A stretch of 64,000 nucleotides of DNA from Mobula hypostoma. Taxonomy: Eukaryota. A program made the position numbers and the translations under genes. Each line of letters begins with the position of its first letter. Position 1 is the first letter of the stretch. The DNA lies in NCBI RefSeq assembly GCF_963921235.1, contig NC_086097.1:205966001-206030000 (forward strand), given 5' to 3'. Positions 25,243-38,894 of this stretch are shown here, piece after piece. Below the pieces are notes generated by a model. The model was not told the origin of the DNA, searched no databases, and was given only the letters and a program-made list of their open reading frames with translations.

Positions 25243-26100
25243 CAAAGTTCAAAGTAAATTTATTACCAAAGTACGTATAGGTCACCATATACAACCCTGA
25301 GATACATTTTCTTGCAGGCATTAGCAAAGGAAAAAAGAAATACAATAGAATCAATGAAAAACTACACACAAAGGCTGACAAACATTGTGCAAAAGAAAAC
25401 AAGTTGTGCAAATATTAAAAATAAATGGATAAATAGATAGATAGACAGTACTGAGAACATGAGTAGTAGAGTCCTTGAAAGTTAGTCCATAGGCTGTTGA
25501 ATCAGTTCAGAGTAGAGTTGAGCAAAGTTATCCAGATTGGTTCAGAAACCTGATGGTTGAACTGTTCCTGAACTTGGTAGCGTGGGACCTAACATTCCTC
25601 AAACTCTTTCCCAATGGCTGCAGGGAGAGGATGCATGACCTGGATGGTGGGATGTCCCTGATAATAGATGCCGCTTTTTTGTGGGAACCCTCCTTCGAGA
25701 TGTAATCAATACAGGGAGGGCTTTGCTTGTAATAGACTGGGCTGTATCCACCACATTTTGTAGACATTTCTGCCCTTGTGCATTGGTGCTTCCATACTAG
25801 GCCTTGATGCAACCAGTCAGAATATTCTCCACAATGCATCTATAGAAGATTGTCAAAGTTTTTGATGACATGCTAGAACTACACAATCTTCTCAAAGAGG
25901 AGAGGTTATTTGTAATGGCACTTAGATGCTGGTCCCAGGAAAGATTCTCTGATATGATAATGTCAAGAAATTTTAAGTTACCAACCCGTCTCCACCTTTG
26001 ATCACCTAATATGGACTGACTCATGGACTCCTGGTTTCTTCCTCCTGCAGTCAATCACCAGCTCTTTGGTGCTTCTGGCATTCAGTAAGAGATTGTTGAG
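25243..26100 (-). mobile_element. Rex1/Babar LINE 3' part
   Basis: KFLDIIISENLSW, FYRCIVENILTGCI. Tail AATAAATTTACTTTGAACTTTG. Confidence 0.8.
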
Positions 26101-27748
26101 AATGCTCACTTTGTTAAAATTTATCAAGCACATCAATCATAAACTGATTCATCAATGTAAAGAAAATGAACATGAGCTTCATAGGCTATTCATTATCTCT
26201 GGTAAAAGGGCTCAAGGTATCAGTTATTTTTGGAGGCAAAGTACTGATGTTTCTGAAATATTGAAAATATATTTTCAGTATAGATACAGAATACAATGTT
26301 GCATTTCAAAAAGTGATAAATCTTTCATATAGATGAACTACACTGATATATTGAGCTACACCTTAAGGGTACTGGGAAAAATGATATTGTGTCTGCAGAG
26401 GCACAAGAATTGCAAAGTTCTATAGACTTTCAAAGCTATATACTGTAGCAAGCATAATTTTACCTTTTTCTGACTGCTGTTTTACATAATTGTTTTGCAA
26501 TGTTTAATTGATTTTGGACAAATTCGTGGATAGAAAACATTTAGAGGGACATTGGCCAAATGCAAGCAAATGGGATGAACTCAGAAAGATCGCTTAGTCA
26601 GCATGATTGAGCTGGGGCAAATGGTCTATTCCTGTGCTGTATAACACACTGACTCTAGGATTTTCTGCTTTCAGTCTGCGCCACTGCATCTTTACGTTCC
26701 ATTAGACTCCGGTATCCTGTCCCCATCAGCAGAATATTAGAATTTCTAAGAACTCTTAAATGCACCTTGAAGCTTTTCAGAAACTGCATCCTTGTCGGAA
26801 AATGTACAAATCTTTCCTTAAAACTGCATTACTATTGTTGAAATATGAACAGTGACTCAAGATGTGTGAATTTGTGCCATAAGGTATTCAAACAGTGCAC
26901 CTGGTTCCTTGCTCAAAAGGTGGAAATTAATTGTAAAGCCCCACTATCTACAAAAGGGCAGGAGACTCTCTCGACTCATACTCATTATAGAAAAAGGAAA
27001 GCAGAAGGCTAGAAAATTGTACTCCTTTCCAAATGCATTGAAGTGTCTTTGTGAAAATGGAGCCATGCCAATTTTGTGTGAGCGCCCCACCCTCCCACCT
27101 TGCAGTGATATTCTATCTTATGTAAAGCCCAGCGCATTTTCTGCAATAGAGTTCTTGGATTAAGGTCTGCTTCAGTGTGTTGTACATAGAACAATTTTGC
27201 ATTAGTAATGCTAAAGCATGAATTTGACATCAGTGCACTTGCCTTCTGAACTCTGCTTATTCATGCATCACGTTTACAGAACTCTCTGATTAAAAATCTA
27301 CTGCTACACTAGTGGTGCATAGTATCTGATAATAATTAGTTGAACAGGCTATGATACATTTTTTCTGCAGCACACAAGAACTCTACTACACAAGGGAATT
27401 TGTAAACAAAGATGTCAATGTCACGAAATTTTGCGGTGAAACACAGATGCAGGGCAGGGAATAATTTAGTAATCTCACAGTAAATTCAATGACTTCACCT
27501 TCAATTACAATTTTCAATAAAGTGCATGTGGCTAATGACCACATCGTTTTTCTCTATTGTTAACATTCCTTTCATTGAACTTTTCACAATCTACCTTGTT
27601 GTAGCCTTGAACCTTCCTGTCTACCTACATTGCATTTTCTTTGTACTGTAATATTTCATACTGCATTCTGCTATTGTTTTACCTTGTACTACCTCAACAC
27701 ATTATTGCAATGAATTTATTGGGATGGACGGTATGCAAGACAAAACTT

Positions 27749-28255
27749 TTCAGGTTGGAGGAGCAACACCTCATATCCCGTCTGGATATCCTCCAATCTA
27801 ACAGTATAAACATTGATTTCTCTAACATCCGGCAATTTCTCCCCCTTCCCACTTCTCTTTTTTAAAATTCCCCATTCTGGCTCCCCTCTTACCCCTTCCC
27901 TTCTCCTCATTACCCCACCACCTACTTCTGGTGCCTCTCCTCCTTCCTGTTCTCTCATGGTATACTCTTGTTTTCCATCATATTCCTTCTTCAGCATCAC
28001 CTTACCTTTTCCACATCTCTTCCCACTTCTCACTTCATCTCCCCTCCCCTCTCAGCTGGCTTCACCTATCACCTGCCAGTTTGTACCCCACTTTCTTATT
28101 CTAGCTTCTTCCCCATCTTATTCCAGTCCTGATGAAGGGTCATAGCCTGAAACATCAATTGTTTACATTATTTCTCTCCATGGATGCTGCCTTCCTCTAG
28201 CATTTTGTGTTGATTGTTCTGGATTTCCAGCATCTGCAGAATCTCTTGTGTTTTC
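27749..28255 (+). mobile_element. Penelope 3' end (endonuclease C-terminus, pLTR, degenerate hammerhead at 28124-28161)
   Basis: RLEEQHLISRLDILQSNSINIDFSN; CAGTC CTGATGA AGG..CCT GAAA CA TC; tail CCAGCATCTGCAGAATCTCTTGTG. Confidence 0.8.
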
Positions 28256-28424
28256 AAGATTTTCGCTGTAGTTTGGTATATACGACAATTTATTTATACC
28301 AAGCATCAACTGCAGTGTTCATATGATTCATCTTATCCTCAAAAAGCTAATTTTAATTCAAGCCTCACACTCACAGCTTAATGACCAGACGCAACCATTT
28401 GCTCATTAACATCCATATCATGAA

Positions 28425-28638
28425 AATGCTGTGTGATGAACTGAGGCTGAGGCTTCGGGCCTGTGGACTCGCTTTCGTTCTGAATGCTATTGCTTGCTTT
28501 TATTATTTGCATGATGTGTGATTTTTTTTTTCTCCCTGCGCATTGAGTGTTTATGTTTTTCAATGGGTTCTTTCAGGTTTCTTGTTTTGTAAGCAGTCAA
28601 ATCTCAATCATACAATAAAATGTACTATGAACTTTGAG
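28425..28638 (+). mobile_element. 3' fragment of the YY1-head/Rex1-tail family
   Basis: Reverse complement of the 3' parts of copies A and B. Ends AATAAAATGTACTATGAACTTTGA. Confidence 0.55.
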
Positions 28639-30924
28639 ATGAATGATGTGCAAGCATGGTAGCTGGCATTTGTCAGGGAAAGGTGGCACATAGATGTAGA
28701 CAATAGCAAAGAACTGGTAATGGATAAGTTCACGCATATGATTTATGAGTGTTTAAATGAAAAAAAAAATCAGCTTCAGCAATATACTGACCATTTCTGG
28801 TAGACTTTCAAATTTAGGCACAGTAAAGCGAAAAAAAAGCTTGTATAATTGCACCACCATTCAGAAAAATTACATAAACCAATGTACTTGCAGAGTCTTT
28901 GAAGCTGTTTAATGGACGTTTAAAATGTGGCAGAAGAAGAGAGGGCATAGGCTGAATCTTGGCATTTGGAAATGGTAGCACTGGCACCAAGTCAATGTTG
29001 TACACTGATTGACTTCACCATCTACTTGTTCTGCATGCTGTTAGCAGTCATTACCAGCACCTGCACAAACTGCTGCGGCTACATAGTGATTTTCATCCCT
29101 TGGGAAGATTGTGATTTCCATAAAGGAATGGTGTCCAAAATAAACTCTTTCATTTTCCGCACTAAAATCTTGACCAATGCAGGTGCATTCACAAAAATAA
29201 AAGGATATGAGTAAGATATTATTGTGCTGTTTTAATGGCATTAAATGGAAAAAAAATGAAAGATAATTTTGGAGATCAATACATTGCACACCAAGCAGGT
29301 ACCATCTGGATGTTGCAATGGAATAATTTTCAGAAATTTGGGGCTTGTCAAAAACAGATGTTCATGTATGCAGATGATATTCCGGAGTCTAATTCATGAT
29401 TCCTTGGACCTTGCAGAAGTGGAGTTGATCTTAATTGATCAACAGAGTCTGGAAAGTGGGCTATCAAAACAAAAGTGCAATTTAACATTCACCAACTCAG
29501 GACAGGAAAAGCACAGTCAGAATCTCTAAGCAAAAACAAGTGCAATGAAGATTTCATAGGTGAAATCAGAGTCATCTTTCACTAGAGGTTAGCAAAGCAG
29601 AGCCAGATTTCATAACCCTGCTGTTTTATTTCCCTGCTTGCGAACTATTGAATAATTTCTATTAATGCTACTTCAGGAACCCTTTTTATTCTTCAAGTCT
29701 AAAACTACAAAGCAAGCCTTAATTCCTGTGGCCAAAACTATGCATTCAACATAACCAGTCAAAACTTACATCGGCATACCTTAGTTTCTTTTAATTACAA
29801 TGTGCAGCATTATATAATATTAAATCCTTCTTGAACTTAATTTCTGTAAAGTAACATAAAGGAAGAAAGAATTACAGGAGCTCAGTCACAAAATGTAAAA
29901 AGGTAAACATTCTTTTAAGCCACTAACTATTACGACAGCAATCCAAAACACACAGGAAAAAAATCACGAGTTACTGTGGACCTAGCGTCTGTAAATATAA
30001 TGCAACCAGGATACATCTTAGGCAAGTGCTTTTGCAATGTTTATGAATATTTATTACAAGTGTTTCATTGAATGAAAGTACTGTATTTCACAGACTTTTT
30101 GAATAACCTTTTCCAAAACCATAAGGCTGATAGCACATATATCCGAAACCTTACCACAGATTTACATCTTAGAACTGGCTTTAAAGTAAACCTTACTTTA
30201 TGGTTTAAGCACCACAGAGTAGATTAGTTTCCCTGAGCTGGAGACATATATCAGGGTAATATGAGCATAAGAACACCACTGATCTAATGGTCCAAGTTTT
30301 GTAATGAGTGGTTAAAAAAAAGCACTTGTCAAAAACAAAGCTTAAGAGTCGAGAGTTAGTAGGCACTAGAGCATAGTCTTCAATTTTTCTGATACTAGTT
30401 CAATGCAATTACCCAGAAATTGTGTTAGCAATGGTGGTGAAACAACCAGTCCTCTGACAGCAACCTCAGTATCTCTGTACATGATCAAACATAGATATCC
30501 TGGAGCTGCTGTCAGGAAGTCAATATAAGTCTGCAGGATGTGCTGTAGCGGTGAAATTAACAGAGAGTTCAATGAATAGAGAGGGAACTCAGAGTACTTG
30601 AGCAGAGCACAAAGAGGTGATTGACCTGTAGTTTCTCACTATGTCTAAGGAGATGTAAGGGTTGTTCTTTTTCCAAGTCTTTCGATGAGAGAGAATGGCT
30701 GCAAGAGATTCAGATAGCTGATGTTAAATAGTTATTAATTTAAAAATAACTTCTCATGGCTTATAAATTTGAAGATATTACAGGTATTTTTAAGACAGCT
30801 TAACCTGTAAGTAGTTCAAGCTACACATGCAGGAATTTTTTAAAGCTCTATAATAAGCTGAGAGTTAACTACATTGTGTGGTGTTATTATTACACGAACA
30901 TGGTACAATGATGGAGGACTTTTT

Positions 30925-31224
30925 AAAGTTTATTTTATTGAGATACAGATACCTTGAGATATAGGCCCTTCCAGCCCTTGGAGCCTCAGCAGCCAGCAAT
31001 CCCTGATTTATTCCTAGCCTAATCAAGGGACAACTTACAATGACTAATTAACCGACCAACCGGCATCTCTTTGGATTGTGGGAAGAAACCGGAATACCCA
31101 GAGGAAACCCATGCAGTCATGGGGAGAATATACAAAACTCCTTACAGGGAGGGGTGATGGGAATTGTACATGGGCTACCTGTATTACAAAGCATTGTGAT
31201 AACTGCAATGCTATTGTGCCGCCC
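30925..31224 (-). mobile_element. tRNA-derived V-SINE (HE1-like) with CR1-type tail
   Basis: V-domain GGAGTTTTGTATATTCTCCCC..TGGGTTTCCTCTGGGTATTCCGGTTTCTTCCCACAATCCAAAG. Tail GGAAGGGCCT..TGTATCTC. Confidence 0.8.
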
Positions 31225-31829
31225 CATAGAAAATCTACCCCCAACTCAGTCTAATTGTAAGAACAACTGAAGTGGTGTATATTTTAAAAGCCAAGACTGG
31301 AAAAATATATTTCTTCTAAAGGTGCCCTGTTGTGAGAGGGAACTTTGTACATAAGATTAAACTAATCCCTTCTGCCTGCACATGATCCATCTCTCTTCAT
31401 CCAGACATACTTAAGTGCTCATTTAAAGGATTCTTGAACACCACTATTGTTTTCTGCAGTATGAATCATAAAAGCAAAATATGATATATCAAAAAATTGC
31501 AATATTTAAATTTCTTATGAGGAGATAGAACTTCACAGTTTAAATTTGTTTATTTCCGGGCCAGAGAGGTTGTTCTGTTGTAATTATTACCTTATTCCAT
31601 TCTCACTGCGTAACAGCATTAGTAAATTAAATACTGATGTCCGGGACTTAGAACCAGGGAATCATTTATGACGTGGTTGCAAGAATGTTAGTTGTGGAAA
31701 CTGGAAGGTGGAGGCTTTGGCTGTGTTCCTTTCTTTTTCTTTAATGAAATTCTGACCGCAGCAACAAATTTTCCAATAATGTAAAAAAACGTTATAATTC
31801 TCTGATTAAACAGCCCTTCAAATTTTAAG

Positions 31830-32670
31830 ATTCAAGATTGCTATTGCATCTGTCGTAGAGCAGTTCTGTCGGTGAGTGTATCGGCAAGTGCCCAATGTGT
31901 CAGGAATGGAGTTTTTGATATGTGCCATTATCAGCTGTTCGAACCACTTCATGATGATTAGTGTCTATGCCACTCGGCAGTAGTCATTTATTTCTGAAGG
32001 TGCAGTGTTCTTTGGTACAGGGATGATGGTGACTGATTTGGAGCATGTGGGGACAGCAGTTTAGATGAGCAAAGTGTTGAAGATGTCTGTTAAGATGTCA
32101 GTGAGCTGATGTGCCCACTTGATGAATATTCAGCCTGGGATGTTGCCTGGCCCAGCAGCCTTACGGGAGTTGACTCTCTGCAGAGTCTTTCTCATATCTG
32201 CTGCTGTTGTAGTCAGTGGCTGCTTACCTGGGAAGCAGGTAGCTTTCGTGCCTCAAAGCATGCATTAAAGTTGTTGGTTGCGTCAGGGAGGGAGGTGTCA
32301 CTGGTATGGTCAAAGCTGTTTCTTCTTGCATAGTCTGTAATGTCTTGATGCCTAGCCACATACATTAGTACTCATTATCAGATAGTCCTCAATTATTTTG
32401 CATAGGTGGTCTTTGATGCCTAAGATGAGGATTTTCCTGGCTGCTCGACGAGCTGTTCTGTCACTGGACTTGAAGGCAGCATCCCAGGCTTTTAGTAGTG
32501 AGCGCACTTCTGTGTTCAGGCAGGGTTTCTGGTTGGGCTCTGAGCTTACCATTCCTGAGGTACTAACATTGTCTACACATTTACAGATGTAGCCAGCGAC
32601 AGATGAGGCATATTCCATTTGAGGCATCCTCCTTGAATATGGGCCAGTTGTTCTGTTAAAAACAGTTTGA
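31830..32670 (-). mobile_element. Rex1/Babar LINE internal fragment
   Basis: YICKCVDNV..PNQKP..VRSLLKA..AFKS. Reverse of FNT..TVPTCSK..DYRVA..MKWFE. Confidence 0.75.
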
Positions 32671-33230
32671 TCAGGCTTTGTGGAGATAACAGTGAAATAG
32701 GTTATAAGAAAACAATGGTCAGATTCTCAGTCACATGAGAGAGGAAGTAGGAAGGACATTTATTTCTTTAGGGTACACAACACTTTGCCACTGTCACCCA
32801 CCCTACTCCTTCAGCAAATCCTCCTGACTGAAGAAGAGGCAACAGGAAAGCAATCTGACCAACTGGAGTGTCCAATCTTCTATCCCCATTTTATATCAAA
32901 AAACATGCACAATATCTTATAGTTATTTCTTCATTTCATTTCCCCCTACTGTGACTTGATACTAGACGGTATGAAAAAGGTCACTCAGTACCATTTATGT
33001 CATAAATGAATTTCCTAGTAAGAATTACCTTGACGAGGTATTGATTTAAGAAATAAGAAAAGGAGAAAGCAGTTCTGCTGCTCAAGCCGGCTTTGTCGTT
33101 CAATAAAATTGTGAGAAAGAAAATTAACTGATGCAAAGCAGGTCAGAAACAAAGATGCTTTCTGTCCTGTTAGGAAGAATTATATATGTGTGTGTATATA
33201 TATGTATATAACTATAGAACTACTATATAT

Positions 33231-33910
33231 GTAGGACTCCCAAGGCGGGAGGAGAAGATGGCGGCGCAATGCAGCGCTCGCAGCCTCTCCTGTGAAATTA
33301 TATCGTATTTGTTAAATAGGGGCCGTGCACAATTCTGATTCGAAGGAGACAGACGTGAGAAGCACAGAGGAACATCTGGAGAAACTTCTGAAATGCCCAG
33401 TTCGCTGCCGCTGCTACTGTGCGATCGAGAATCTCTGGAGGGAAGGCCCCAAATCCTCGGTTTTGCTGACGGCCGGGGCTGGGGTTGAAGCGCTCGGCAG
33501 AGATGGTGCTCAGTGCCCGGTGTCGGAGGGCCGGTCGGAGGCTCTAAGTTTTTGGACAACTTAGAGTCGGACTGTGGTCGGGTGCTTCCAGGATGCTGCA
33601 CGGCAAGTTTGCGGCGCTGGAAGCTCATGGCAGGGAGAGTCTTCTTCCTTCTCCCATCTGCATGAGATGATGGGACTTTCGAGAGACTTTGAACTTTTTT
33701 TACCATGCCCATGGCCTGTTCTTCATCAAGTTACGGTATTGCTTGCACTGTTGTAACTATATGTTATAATTAAGTGGTTTTTGTCAGTTTTTCAGTCTTG
33801 GTTTGTCTTGTGTTTCTGTGATATCACACCGGAGGAACATTGTATCATTTCTTAATGAATGCGTTACTAAATGACAATAAAAGAGGACTGCATGTCCTCA
33901 TAATCTAATC
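33231..33910 (+). mobile_element. CpG-rich ORF-less retroposon with YY1-motif head and (TAATC)n tail
   Basis: Begins near AAGATGGCGGCG. Ends GACAATAAAAG..TAATCTAATC. CTATATAT duplicated at 33223-33230 and 33910-33917. Confidence 0.65.
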
Positions 33911-34559
33911 TATATATATATACACTCTGCTTTGGATGTTAAATTTTTCAGAATAATTCCCTACTTTTTTCACTGGTAGTTCAAATGCAAATACCTAATT
34001 GTGGGTATGTATTGTCAATAAGGTCACTGGAAAGGAATCTCTGAGTTTGGAAAACAATCCAAAATCTCATGTATATATATTTTGTACATTTGAATGGAAG
34101 ACAAGGTGAATTACTCCCAACCTGTTGAACTAGCAGATCTGCTAGCACAAAATTTTAAGAATTCCTCACTGTTTATTCTGATGCATGTTTCCTCTGAGGG
34201 AAGTTATTCTTTATTGAGCATTATTTGAAAAAGTTTGGTCTAAGAGGTGATCAACTCACTATAACCTGACTAGCAGCATTCATCAACTTCACATCATTGA
34301 ATGCACAGACAGCTACTCGATTTACTTCTGGCCCAGCTTGCATATATAATATTCAACTCTGGCCTTCAACCTGGTTTCACATTCTTGCAGATAATGCTGC
34401 CCCAATGGTCAGTCCTCCAGACATCAACTCATAGTTGCTTCAAGCAGCTTTATCTTTGTTTCAAAAACTGTACATCAGGGGTTTGAAATGTTCCAAAGGG
34501 AAAATTTTAAAGTATTGACAAAAATTTCAAAATTCAGCGAAGGAGGACTAAGGTATTGA

Positions 34560-36636
34560 CACAGAAAGAGAAATTAGAATACAACGGTAGCTAGTGAGAA
34601 ACAGATTGTACATAAAAGCAGAAGATATTCTACAGTTACTTTAACTAAGATACTGGGCAATAGAAAATGGCAGAGAGGTTGGGCTATGCCTGTATTCATG
34701 GAAGAAGAGACAGTAAACTTCACAGAAATAACAGAGAATTGCAGATCTTATATGAATGAGGGCATTGGCTTTAGTAAAGCTAGTATGAGACTAAATAATA
34801 AGACTTAATGCAGGACCTACTGACTGGCCTCTGAGGGTTTTGAAGTACATGGCAATAGATTTTTCTTCCAAAATTTCAAAGATTCTACCATGGCTCCCAT
34901 AGATTGAAATGAAACAAATGTAACTTTACGATTTAAGAAAAGGAGGGAGAAAACAGGCTCAACAGATGAGTTAACTTAATACAAAAGCTGAGATTAACAG
35001 TTAAGGAAGTGGCAACAGGTCATTTCAAAAAACAAAAATAGGTCACACATATTGAGAAATATATATTATCATGGCATAGGTGTACCACATTAAAGACTCC
35101 AGTGACGTTGGTTGTATAAAAAAGGTAAAAAAACTGAGCCTGTACATTCTTGGATTCTAAACAATGAAGTGAAACATGCAAAATCTTATATGACCTGATG
35201 GGGTAGATGCTATTGACATTTCTCTTGATTAGAGCCATGGGTCACAGATTTAAAATAAGGATCTGCCATTCAAAGTGGGTATACAAAGCAAATTATGTTC
35301 AAGAGAAGCCTCAATGCATTGTTGATCCAGGAATCAATGCCATGTTGTTAGTGTGGGAAACTGACACGAGGTGATGATCAACCCTTATCTTATTGAGTGA
35401 TGTCATTCCCATAATGGGCCAAATGGTCTATTCATATTTTTATTTATTATGTCCTTAATCATTACTTGAACGTGGAATACTTTCATGAATTCTGCAGGGA
35501 GCAACTTCTGAACCTTTAGCTGAAAATTGTACGTAATAATAATTCCACTCAAAAGTTGAATCGAAAGCTGCGTTCTTAAATTTCATCAAGGAAAACTACG
35601 AAAGAGTAAATTATGAGCTGGAAGAGATAGATTAGGGAACTTCATTGAAAGGCATTGCTACAGGCAGACAGTGGCAAATATTTAAAGGACACCAAGAACT
35701 CAGAAGTTGTAAACTTCTTTCCAGAGTGAGTAAGCAAAAGAAACAAATTACTAAAGAAGGTGAGTATGCTGTAAAATTCAATGAAATAGATTTGCCAGAA
35801 GAAGCCTGAGAGCTGGGACCAGTTTAGAATCCAATAAAAATGACCAGGAGATTGAATATGCACTAAAATAGTGTTAAAAATAATATTTCAAGGAATATTA
35901 TATAGTCTGTAAAAGCTTCTACTAGACTAGGAGTACAAGGATTAGGTTAGGACTTTATTCTCTAGAGCACAGGAGAATGAGGGAAGATCTTATAGAGGTA
36001 TACTAACTTATGGCAGATATAATTAGGGTAAATGCAAGCAGGCTTTTTTCCAACAGGTTCTGTGAGACTAAAACTATAAGTCATAGGTTTGGGGTGAAAG
36101 GAGAAATATTTAAGGGAATCTGAGAGGAAACTTCTTTACTGAGAGGCTGGTGTGAGTGTGGAAGCAGCTACCAGTGGAAGCGGTAGATGTAGGTTCAATT
36201 GTAACATTTAAGAGAAGTTTGGATAGGTACAGAGACAGGAGGGGTTTGGAGGGAAATGGTCTCTGTGTTTCCTATAGCGGCAGAGTCTAGAGCCAGAAGG
36301 CACAAACTCCAATTACAGGGATGTCTATTTAGAACAGAGTTGGGGAGGAATTTCTTTTGCTGGAGGGTGAGGAAGCTGAGGAATTAGTTGCCAAAGGCAG
36401 ATGTAGAGGCCAGGTCATTGGGTGTACTTAAGGTAGAGGCTGATAGATTCTTGATAAATCAGGTGCTGAAAGATTATGGGGAGATGGCAGGAGAATGGGG
36501 TTGAGAGAGAAATTAATCAACCATGATCAAATGGAGGTGCAGACTCAATGGGCCAAATAGTCTATTTCAGCTCCTATGTCTTATGGTCTTATTATCTAAT
36601 TTGAAATTAGGAACAAAGAAGTGGCAGAGCAATTAG
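34560..36636 (+). mobile_element. Cluster of decayed CR1 fragments
   Basis: Several CR1 3' ends (TCTTATGGTCTTAT at about 36579-36592) and ORF2 remnants. Confidence 0.65.
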
Positions 36637-36637
36637 A

Positions 36638-36791
36638 CAACACACATCAAAGTTGCTGGTGAACGCAGCAGGCCAGGCAGCATCTCTAGGAAGACGTACT
36701 CTTCCTAGAGATGCTGCCCGGCCTGCTGCATTCACCAGCAACTTTGATGTGTGTTGCTTGAATTTCCAGTATCTGCAGAATTCCTCGTGTT
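36638..36791. mobile_element. Mini Penelope fold-back palindrome
   Basis: 57-nt arms at 36638-36694 and 36700-36756 with 2 mismatches, plus 35-nt tail. TSD AG(A/G)GCAATTA at 36626-36635 and 36792-36801. Confidence 0.88.
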
Positions 36792-36834
36792 AGGGCAATT
36801 AAGCAAATACTTTGGTTTTGTCTCACTTACAGAA

Positions 36835-37398
36835 GCAAGGAGTTTTCAGAGATTTGGTTTGTCACCTGAAACACTTGAAAATAGATATACCACGGGGAAC
36901 ATTCTGACTGGCTGCATCACCGTCTGGTATGGTGGGGGGGGGTGCGCTACGGCACAGGATCAAAAAAGGCTACAGAAAGTTGTAAAGTCAGTCTGCTCCA
37001 TCTTGGGTACTAGCCTCCGCAGTACCTAAGGTATCTTCAATGAACAGAGTATGAGAAGGTGGCATACACTATTAAGGACCCCCCCATCGCCCAGGGATGC
37101 CCTCTTCTTATTGTTACCATCAGGATGGAGGTACAGAAGCCTGAAGGCACACACCCTGTGATTCAGGAATAGCTTCTTCCCCTTGCCATCCGATTCCTAA
37201 ATGGACATTGAACCCATGAACACTACCTCACTTCTTTTAATATAATTTCTGTATTTTGCACTACTTTAACTATTTAATATACACTGTAACTGATATACTT
37301 TTTTTCTATATTATCATGTATTGCATTGTACTGCTGCTGCTAAGTTAGCTAATTTTGTGACATATGCTGTTGATGTTAAACCAGATTCTGGATTCTGA
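36835..37398 (+). mobile_element. Rex1/Babar 3' end
   Basis: NILTGCITVWYG..DQKRLQKVVK. Tail AAACCAGATTCTGGATTCTGA. Confidence 0.82.
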
Positions 37399-38894
37399 AA
37401 CACTAGTGAGAAAAGAGTTTAATAAAAGTGAGAAATTAAAGGAAATAGTATTAGGAGAAATAAAAGTACTCAAGAAATAAATGCAACTGAATGTGAATAA
37501 ATTTCTGATGAACTGTATCTTAGTGCTGTAAAGTGTAGCATTGAAAATTGTGGATGTGTTGGTTGTCATCTTCCAAAATTGGAAGGAATACCTACAGATC
37601 GGAGGTTGGTAAATATAACCCTATTATCCAGAAAAGAAAGCAGGGAGAAACAGGGAACTACAGATCAGTAACCTAACATTGGTAGTTAAGGAAAATACTA
37701 GAAGGTTTTAGAAAGGATACGTTGGCAAGACATTCAATGTGATTAAACTAAATCAGGCTCAAAGGGATGGATAATATGCCCCGCTCCTATATTCAAAGGT
37801 TCTGCATTTACTTTTCCAGATCTACTGATGTCAACTTGGTGCCTGACGCTGCCCTGATATAAAATGGTGAGGAGTGCATAGAATCAGGAACATTGAAGAC
37901 ACAATACTTTCACAGGGGTAGAGGCAAAATCAGACATGCCCAGCAGATGGCTCACAAAATCTGATAGTCAGTAACTTTCCATCGTAGACTTTGCTATCTT
38001 TGCACTTGGAAAGTTTCTGAATTCCCCTGATATTTTCCAAATCAATTAAAAATCAATTCAGCAATTAAAATACATTTAAGCCATTAAAGCAAACTCAATA
38101 ATTGCAAGAAACTGTATTGTACCTTAGACTTAGTTAGGATTGACCCTTCTGCTGTTCTTCTCCATTCTAAGGGTTCAGGTTTAATTTGTATGGTTTGCAC
38201 GTGCAACTGCTAGGAAGTGTCAGCAAAGTGGGGTTCAAAGCACAATTTGAAAATTATTGATCTACGGCCAGTAAATTCACGAATTATATGCTCAGTAAGG
38301 AATCCTGAATTCTATGGCACTAATGCTGAATAACGTTGGCAGTTCCACACTAAACTTTTGACATTATCCAGTAAGTTACAACACAGTGCTTGGTTCTTTA
38401 TTGGATGATCACAGGCATGCCTATGTAATTACAGTAAGGGTAAGCAATTTAATGTACTGAGACCATTAAATTTACTTCTAAAATCAATACTGTTGTATCT
38501 AAACAGATGGGATGAACTTACTACAGCTTTGCTGGGAGTCAATAAGCCTGTGCATTTTCATGGTTTTCATGGGACAATCCTAGTGGGTGAGTGATCAGCT
38601 AATTTAGCAAAATGCCTAATGTCAGTTTGATTAAAATTCTATTATATCAAATGTCACAAATCCTTACTGGGGCTGCTCAGTCGAAGTCAGCAACAACACA
38701 TCCTGTGTTCTATGGCTCATCTTGTGGCCATTCTTACCTCCACATGACTCTATTGCTACTCCAGAGATTTGAACTCAAACATCTGGGCGGTCTGACTGTA
38801 TTATATTAAAACTTGAAATAATTTAGAGAGATAGGATTGCAAACAGTATACAAGCTTTATGAAACAATTATTATTGGAATTGGCCCAACCAATC

